From Escherichia phage vB_EcoM_SA21RB, in the sequence record OL960580: a stretch of 64,000 nucleotides of DNA. One strand, 5' to 3'. The position numbers and the translations under genes were made by a program. The notes under the pieces were generated by a model. That model had not been told where the DNA came from and made no database searches. It saw nothing but the letters and a program-made list of their open reading frames with translations. Below, in pieces: positions 57,906 through 64,000 of this stretch; within the stretch, counting starts at the first letter, position 1, and the number at the start of each line of letters is the position of its first letter.

Positions 57906-59999
57906 TTATCCTTGAACGAACTTGTAAGGCATGTTTGTAATATCTATGCAAGACGCAATAATTCCAAGAGATGATTCTACTTTTTGTTTAACATTTGATG
58001 AAACAAATGATGCAAAGTCAACTCTGTCTTCTATTTCAATATCACCTGTCATTGCAACTACTTCACCAGTTTCCATTAGACGGTCACCGTCATAAATTAC
58101 TGATTCGGTGAGTTCTTCCGTAGTCATAACTTCAGCTTGAATGAGTTTTGTATTATTAGATGTTGTTCCGTCATTATTAGAAGCATCAGTTATTTTATTA
58201 ACTTTGACCATCAATCCGCGTGGTAGAATAACTTCAGCTTCTGTTGCTATTCCGAGACTTCCTGGATATACAACATTAACTTTATGTGCGCCGTCAATTG
58301 CCCATCCTATTTGAACTTTAACGTATTCAGGATTTTCTTTATACGCTCTTATTTCGTTTGGATTAATAGTTATTCCTTCTTCATTTTTATCAACTGTCAA
58401 TTCATTACGAGCTTCTGGTTCTAAAAGACCAATACCAGCATGTGTAATTCCAAAACGTCCAAAAATGATAGGAGTTAAAGAAGTAGATACAAAATTTCTG
58501 AAATAGAACACTTTATTTTTAACTAGTGCTTCGTATATAGGAGCAGTCATACTTTGTGCACGATAAACTGTAATGCCTTCCGGTATACGGTCACCATTTT
58601 CAAAAGCTGAATCTAAGTTATTTATAGCAGATTCAATTTCTTTTTCACTCATTACATCATATCGTTCTGGATTGTAGCGTCCTAAAAGAAGATTATTGAT
58701 GTCAGTATATCCTGAACCACAATACTCTCTAATGCCGCGCTTTTGTGATGGAGTATATTTAGAACCATCACGGGCAATAGTAATATCAATCATTGGACCT
58801 GCACCAATTCCAGAAAAGCTATAAATCATTCGTTTGAGGAATTTAGTTTTTGCTGCGTTCCAGGAATTTTTAGTTATTTCTTCCCAGACTTCATCTGGCT
58901 GTCCTTTACGGGTTTTATTATGTTTATCAAGCCAAGTATCTTTATATTCTTCAAAGAATTTATTAATAGCTGCTGCATACTTCTCTAAACATTTTATTGA
59001 AGTAGTTGGTTCATTTTTGATCGCGTTAAAAATTACATCTTTAATTTTTTCAGAAACTTCATTAACCTCACTTTTTGAAAAGAATTTATAATCATAGTGA
59101 AGTTCATCTGCAGTTCCTTCAGCAATAATTTTTGCTGCCTTAGTTTTAGAAGCCAATGAATTAATTCCAAGTTTCATTTCTTCTGCTTCAGGAATTAAAG
59201 GAGCGGTAGCAGGTTTATTGAAATTAGCTGCGGTAGATTCATACTTCTGGAATAATTCACTTTCAAATCTAGAAGATTCCAATGACTGACTTTGTGCAAT
59301 TGCTCTACGGGAAATTTTAACTTTAACGATTACAGCTTGGTCAGAACGTTTATCATTTTCTTGCGCAATAGATGCAGCAATTGCCTCATTTTTAGTTACT
59401 TGAGCTCCAGTATCTTTATTGATATAAACATCACCGACCTTCGATTCAACTTTAGTAAAGAGCTCGGTGCTAATTTCCGGAATTCCTGGAATGTCTTCTA
59501 GTGATACATTTTTGCGATGTATAAGAATATATGCATACTTTTTATCGTAATCCCAGAGTTCCTTAAGAAGGACGTATCTGCCACCCGAACGACTACGGAT
59601 AAGTCTATCAGCAATAACTTGAATTTGTCGAGCTTGACCAGCAGTTTTAGACTTAAGAATACGGAGCATACAGGCATCAATTTTATACTGACGCATCGTC
59701 TGCATTGCAACAGTAAAAACTGAATTGATGTAATTAATTGGGCTTGGACCGAGACCTTTCAATTTAGCAATTGAACCTTTAGCAGTTAATGTAAAAGGAA
59801 CAATATGCATCATTTTATCGCCCATTTTTAAATCGCGATTAGTATCACCTCCAGATGTATAGGTACATAAACGAAAGCCTGGTTGTTCAATTGCGTCATC
59901 AACATGAACTGAAAAAATTTGCGGTATTTTCTTCTTTGGATTTAAGTTTGTAATCGGAAGAGTAGTATCTTCGTCAAATAATTCTGTAATAAGTTCCAT
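57906..59999 (-). CDS. alt: Alt ADP-ribosyltransferase (capsid-packaged, injected), 697 aa
   Basis: ORF track (57906..60002, MM start); second ATG favoured by SD spacing; motifs VYRAQ, FVSTSL, EAEVILPRG; TATAAATA upstream; the alt assignment to this copy rather than its neighbour is tentative. Confidence 0.7.
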   Translation of the reverse strand: MELITELFDEDTTLPITNLNPKKKIPQIFSVHVDDAIEQPGFRLCTYTSGGDTNRDLKMGDKMMHIVPFTLTAKGSIAKLKGLGPSPINYINSVFTVAMQTMRQYKIDACMLRILKSKTAGQARQIQVIADRLIRSRSGGRYVLLKELWDYDKKYAYILIHRKNVSLEDIPGIPEISTELFTKVESKVGDVYINKDTGAQVTKNEAIAASIAQENDKRSDQAVIVKVKISRRAIAQSQSLESSRFESELFQKYESTAANFNKPATAPLIPEAEEMKLGINSLASKTKAAKIIAEGTADELHYDYKFFSKSEVNEVSEKIKDVIFNAIKNEPTTSIKCLEKYAAAINKFFEEYKDTWLDKHNKTRKGQPDEVWEEITKNSWNAAKTKFLKRMIYSFSGIGAGPMIDITIARDGSKYTPSQKRGIREYCGSGYTDINNLLLGRYNPERYDVMSEKEIESAINNLDSAFENGDRIPEGITVYRAQSMTAPIYEALVKNKVFYFRNFVSTSLTPIIFGRFGITHAGIGLLEPEARNELTVDKNEEGITINPNEIRAYKENPEYVKVQIGWAIDGAHKVNVVYPGSLGIATEAEVILPRGLMVKVNKITDASNNDGTTSNNTKLIQAEVMTTEELTESVIYDGDRLMETGEVVAMTGDIEIEDRVDFASFVSSNVKQKVESSLGIIASCIDITNMPYKFVQG

Positions 60000-60022
60000 C
60001 ATAGCCTCTCTAGTGTTTATTC

Positions 60023-60030
60023 TATTTATA
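60023..60030 (-). promoter_or_regulatory. T4 late promoter TATAAATA upstream of alt
   Basis: Exact reverse-complement motif about 25 nt upstream of alt ATG. Confidence 0.55.
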
Positions 60031-60035
60031 AAATT

Positions 60036-60053
60036 AAAGGCCCGAAGGCCTTT
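60036..60053 (-). terminator. hairpin AAAGGCC-CGAA-GGCCTTT at the 3-prime end of the ORF upstream of alt
   Basis: Perfect inverted repeat with tetraloop followed by T-rich tract on minus strand. Confidence 0.45.
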
Positions 60054-60240
60054 AGTAATCTAGTGGTAAGAGAGTACGATATATTTCAAACTTTGGTCCT
60101 TTTTCATAGGCATCAAATGTTTCTGTAAATTTATTATAAGCATATGCATCTACAAATTCGAGAATGACTTGTGATACAGAAGTAGAAACATCTCCACCTT
60201 CTTTTTGAGCAATGACAATTGTTTCTAAGTAAGCTTTCAT
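60052..60240 (-). CDS. hypothetical protein (62 aa) between ligase and alt
   Basis: ORF track; start overlaps ligase stop. Confidence 0.5.
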   Translation of the reverse strand: MKAYLETIVIAQKEGGDVSTSVSQVILEFVDAYAYNKFTETFDAYEKGPKFEIYRTLLPLDY

Positions 60241-61700
60241 AGACCAGTTACCTCATGAAAATCACCAAATACATCCTCGAATGTATTAGCTTTAGTTTTA
60301 TCTTCGCGTAAACGAATCGCAATCGGAAGAAATAATTTAACGTAATCAGTGCGGCCATCAGATTTTAACCAACCATTGCATTCGCACTCTAGAATTTTTC
60401 CAATATAATAATTTTGGTTTTCCATAATGCGAGTACGGTCAAGTTCATGTGATTTTACACCGGCTTTATCTTTTAAGCCTGAACCAGCATTTACTTTAAT
60501 TTTTCCACATTCTGATTCAAGAATAAATCCACCGGCTTTAGTAGGGTCTTTACGGTGAGGATAAATTCCTACAATTTTTAAATCAACATCAATTACTTCT
60601 TTAAATTTATAGAGATTTTTTGAACGAGCATTTTCCCACAATCCATCGGTATTTTTGAGAATAATACCTTCAAGACCTTGGTCAATATATTTTTTATAAA
60701 TTACCTTAGCTTCATCTAGGTTATTTACTACCTGGTTTTCAATTAAAATTACTTTATCATATCCTGATGTCATTTGTTCTAGTTTAGAAAAACGTACATC
60801 ATATTTTAAACGAAACGCCGGAAGACCGTATATTTCTACCAACGGGACATAATCCCAGACCTGAAACTTCATACATTGAGCTTCTTTTTCAGAAATGGTT
60901 CCTTTTAAGGATTTATTGGCGATTCCATTAGAAGTAGTACGAGATTCCGCTACTTCGGCGAATTCTTTAGCTTTACTAATTTCAGGATAAGCATCAAAAA
61001 GAAAATCTAGGCCTTCTGGTTCCTTTTTAACTTGCTCATGGTATACCAATTCGCCATCAATTAACACACCTTCTGGATGAATCTGGCGGGCTTCAGCAGT
61101 CATTTTGATTAACTCTTCCTTAAGAAGATCTAATCCTAGATATTCATTACCAGCTCGTGATAAAAGACGAACATCATCTAATTCATCGCCTCGGACTTCA
61201 GCAAAACACCGAGCTCCATCTGCTTTTAACTGCGCAAAGGCTGGAAACTTGATATTCTTACTAATGCCTTTTTCATCATAAGAACTTGCCAGCATTTGAG
61301 GTTGTTCAGGAATTAAACCTGGCCAAACTTTATTTGCAATAGATACTGAAGCACCGCATTCAAGGTCTCGCATCATAACTCGACGCAAAACTTCAACATC
61401 ATCCTTTTTACCATCGGTGATATATCCAATTAATTCCTCAATTGCCGCATTTCCAGTCAATTTCCGAGTAGCTAACGTGAATTCAATGAAGTCAAGCATA
61501 TCGGTAATAGTCAGCATTCCAAAACTCTGGGTAGCAATACCAGGTTTAGGCCATTTCTTGATATAATACTGTAACCCACGAGAATAAGTTAGACGATATA
61601 CTCGTTTAAGCAATTCATTATCTTTATTCTTTTCAAGAATTGCTTGCTTCTGCTTAGTTGATCCAATAGATGCTATTTCATTCAGAATTTTAAGAATCAT
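60237..61700 (-). CDS. 30: ATP-dependent DNA ligase gp30
   Basis: 487 aa; MILKILNEIASIGSTKQKQAILEKNKDNELLKRVYRLTY... with ligase KxDG motif (KADGAR). Confidence 0.97.
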   Translation of the reverse strand: MILKILNEIASIGSTKQKQAILEKNKDNELLKRVYRLTYSRGLQYYIKKWPKPGIATQSFGMLTITDMLDFIEFTLATRKLTGNAAIEELIGYITDGKKDDVEVLRRVMMRDLECGASVSIANKVWPGLIPEQPQMLASSYDEKGISKNIKFPAFAQLKADGARCFAEVRGDELDDVRLLSRAGNEYLGLDLLKEELIKMTAEARQIHPEGVLIDGELVYHEQVKKEPEGLDFLFDAYPEISKAKEFAEVAESRTTSNGIANKSLKGTISEKEAQCMKFQVWDYVPLVEIYGLPAFRLKYDVRFSKLEQMTSGYDKVILIENQVVNNLDEAKVIYKKYIDQGLEGIILKNTDGLWENARSKNLYKFKEVIDVDLKIVGIYPHRKDPTKAGGFILESECGKIKVNAGSGLKDKAGVKSHELDRTRIMENQNYYIGKILECECNGWLKSDGRTDYVKLFLPIAIRLREDKTKANTFEDVFGDFHEVTGL

Positions 61701-61966
61701 TGTTCATCCTTCAGAGTTTGATTTACAGCTCTATTATAAATCAATTCATCATTAAGCTCAGTCAAAGACTTATGATATGTAGTTCTAACTTTATTTCCTT
61801 GCATCCAGTGCTTGATATAAATGAAACCTTGCTCTACGCATTTTTTAAAAATTCGTTCGTCTTTTTGAGCTCGGAATTCTGGATTGCATCTAAAAAATTG
61901 ATTTACGTGACCGTAATCACGCGTAGTATTACCTTCATTTTCATAAATAGTGTGAACGACAAACAT
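61697..61966 (-). CDS. hypothetical protein (position of T4 30.1)
   Basis: ORF track. Confidence 0.55.
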   Translation of the reverse strand: MFVVHTIYENEGNTTRDYGHVNQFFRCNPEFRAQKDERIFKKCVEQGFIYIKHWMQGNKVRTTYHKSLTELNDELIYNRAVNQTLKDEQ

Positions 61967-62805
61967 TAGAATGCTCCTTGGAAAATATTATCACCACAAG
62001 TAGGTCTATTATACAAATACTCTATTCCACCAGGTTTAATATAGTTCCATGTCTGAAACGGATGTGTCTGATATGGATGATATAGATGATTATAAGGATT
62101 AACTCCAGGTGTTCTCCAGGTAGTGTTCCAACGAAAAGAATCATTTTTAATCATCTTTTCAATTATATTTTTTATAGCTTTTTCGCTATCAAAACTTTCT
62201 TTATTTTCCTTTGGTGAAAAAAGCTTATTTTCTACATCATTCCATGTATAAACTCGCTGCGCAGTTTTTGGAATATTGTCACGCTCTCCTCGAGCCATCC
62301 AATAAACTGGAACATTTAATATTTCACTCGCGTGGTCGCAGTGGTGAGCGAGATCGTCAATATAACAAATTACGTTATATTTCTCTTTTGCCTTTTTGAA
62401 TAACTCTTCTTTTGAAGAATCATGACCACACATCATTACTTCTGAGAAGGCACCAGGAAAAAGAGCATTCAAATTAAATTGACGATTCAGCAGAGCGTCA
62501 ATAGAATCACCCAATGCTGTAACAGCTACAAAATTATAATCTTCTTTTAATTTGTTAATTACACACAGGGCATCTTTATATGGAGACAAGTAACGAATAA
62601 AATCTGAACGATTGTATTTTTCAATTAACTTGACGCCAAGTTCTTCATCACAATTAAAGAGTTTACCTGGAGAAATAAATTTCTCATCTTGGATCATTTT
62701 TAAAATATGTTCTAATGGAAGATTATATTTCTGGGCAAAATAAGGAAGGCCTGATTGCCAGCTTAAACATACACCATCAATATCAGTCAAAATAGTTGGC
62801 TTCAT
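61966..62805 (-). CDS. HAD-superfamily hydrolase-like protein (position of T4 30.2)
   Basis: ORF track; N-terminal motif ILTDIDGV (DxD, HAD motif I). Confidence 0.5.
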   Translation of the reverse strand: MKPTILTDIDGVCLSWQSGLPYFAQKYNLPLEHILKMIQDEKFISPGKLFNCDEELGVKLIEKYNRSDFIRYLSPYKDALCVINKLKEDYNFVAVTALGDSIDALLNRQFNLNALFPGAFSEVMMCGHDSSKEELFKKAKEKYNVICYIDDLAHHCDHASEILNVPVYWMARGERDNIPKTAQRVYTWNDVENKLFSPKENKESFDSEKAIKNIIEKMIKNDSFRWNTTWRTPGVNPYNHLYHPYQTHPFQTWNYIKPGGIEYLYNRPTCGDNIFQGAF

Positions 62806-63260
62806 AGAGAGTCTCTTAATAGGTTTAACACATCAATAAATTCAGCTTCGGTTAGTATTGTATCATCTTTTGTTAGACCACTAGCCATGCTGTGCTTCAA
62901 AACTTTTCCTTTCGAGGCTTGTAATGCATCGCGAAAGCCCTTATTTTGGATCGCTGCTTCAAAATATGCATTTGTGTATAATTCTTTCCACGCCGGGGAG
63001 TATCTTGAAAACGGAACTCCAAGCCAAAAGAGGGTCCCACGGTCCTGAGCTCTAGCATAAGACCTTCCAGCTTGTTGGGCGGCAAGCCCGGATAACCCAA
63101 ATATACGTCTTTGCTGTTCAACATTTTTCACCTTACACCCTTGGAGAAATCCTTCGAGACCTCCAAATTGGATACCATCCATAACAAAAGGCCATTGGGC
63201 GAAATTACTTAATGCACATGATGGCCATCTAAAATTGCTTCTAATCTCTAATTCAGACAT
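62802..63260 (-). CDS. NADAR (YbiA-like) domain protein (position of T4 30.3)
   Basis: ORF track; ALSNFAQWPFVMDGIQF...LEGFLQGCK resembles the E. coli YbiA core FSNFAAWPIKVDGKTW...SEHYFQAQK. Confidence 0.5.
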   Translation of the reverse strand: MSELEIRSNFRWPSCALSNFAQWPFVMDGIQFGGLEGFLQGCKVKNVEQQRRIFGLSGLAAQQAGRSYARAQDRGTLFWLGVPFSRYSPAWKELYTNAYFEAAIQNKGFRDALQASKGKVLKHSMASGLTKDDTILTEAEFIDVLNLLRDSL

Positions 63261-63468
63261 CTTTAATACTTATAATTTCAATATCAGCCCAATGACCATA
63301 ACTTGGTAAACGGTCTTCAATAGATAATCCGCCATCATATTTAAGCATTTTAATTGTCATAATATATGGCTCTAAATGGTCTTCAGTGAGCGGAGAGACA
63401 TCAGTCACACGATAAGTAACTTCAACCATTTCCGTGCCCAGTAATTTCTGGATTAATTTCTTAAACAT
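63253..63468 (-). CDS. hypothetical protein
   Basis: ORF track, 71 aa; translationally coupled. Confidence 0.5.
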   Translation of the reverse strand: MFKKLIQKLLGTEMVEVTYRVTDVSPLTEDHLEPYIMTIKMLKYDGGLSIEDRLPSYGHWADIEIISIKDV

Positions 63469-63472
63469 TTTA

Positions 63473-63760
63473 TTAAAATCTCATCTGAAAACCGTGTGAT
63501 TTAACATTACCGCCGCCGATATCAGAAATGTTAATTTCGCGCGCGATTGAAGGGTCAATGTCAATTTCACGATTGAGTTTAGTGATAGCTAAAGTATCGC
63601 GGCCATTTACAGTACGGAACTCTAAAGGGCAGACTACATTAACATAGTTTTTAATCGATTCACTGGTAGGCTGCAAATGAGCAGGAAGGTCTTTAGGTGC
63701 CTTTGAGAAAACCACTTCACAGAAATTTTTGCGGGTATCAAAATAAGTAGTCATAAACAT
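63473..63760 (-). CDS. hypothetical protein
   Basis: ORF track, 95 aa; GAGGAAA SD. Confidence 0.5.
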   Translation of the reverse strand: MFMTTYFDTRKNFCEVVFSKAPKDLPAHLQPTSESIKNYVNVVCPLEFRTVNGRDTLAITKLNREIDIDPSIAREINISDIGGGNVKSHGFQMRF

Positions 63761-63797
63761 AGTATTTTCCTCAGTAAGGGGCCAAAGCCCCTCATTT

Positions 63798-64000
63798 TAT
63801 TTTAAATATCAAATTCGTTAAGAACTACATCAAAGATCGCTTCAAGATGCTCAGGTTTAGCTCGGTTGCTCAGGATGTGACGAATCCAAGTTTTAACCAG
63901 AAGCTTACGATTAACGCCATTCCAGCAAGGATGAGTCCCCAAATCGCGTTGACGAAAATCATCATCTAATGCGATTTTAAAAGAAGAACCTTCTTTCGTG
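63798..64000 (-). CDS. hypothetical protein, C-terminal part only; gene starts beyond window end
   Basis: Open minus-strand frame running in from window end and terminating ...FDVVLNEFDI-stop at 63798. Confidence 0.4.

Overview
This window is a contiguous ~64 kb segment of a T4-type myovirus genome (Tevenvirinae, T4-like). I identified it by reading ORF translations against remembered T4 protein sequences; no database search was run. In window order it contains: the start of lysozyme gene e and nudE; a run of small e.2-e.8-like ORFs; two internal head proteins with capsid-targeting leaders; a structured stable-RNA region; a minus-strand array of 11 tRNAs; a small variable locus ending in ipI; genes 57B-57A-1-3-2-4; then the plus-strand late morphogenesis block 53-5-5.1-5.4-6-7-8-9-10-11-12-wac-13-14-15-16-17-18-19-20-67-68-21-22-23-24; then rnlB, hoc, inh, uvsW, uvsW.1, uvsY, baseplate genes 25-26-51-27-28-29-48-54, two tandem Alt-family ADP-ribosyltransferase genes, DNA ligase gene 30 and upstream small ORFs. 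T4-type late promoters (TATAAATA), three near-identical early-type promoters and many GC-rich tetraloop hairpin terminators are visible. I found no CRISPR array, no homing endonuclease or other mobile element, and no intron. I do not see a clearly novel multi-gene system: most of the window is the conserved T4 structural core. The points worth follow-up are in the accessory loci: the tandem Alt-like paralogs, a NADAR-like plus HAD-like pair upstream of ligase, a family of small two-TM proteins sharing a C-terminal motif, a tRNA set larger than the eight I recall for T4, and the unassigned ORFs between the tRNAs and ipI. All gene names are by recollection and position and need confirmation by alignment.
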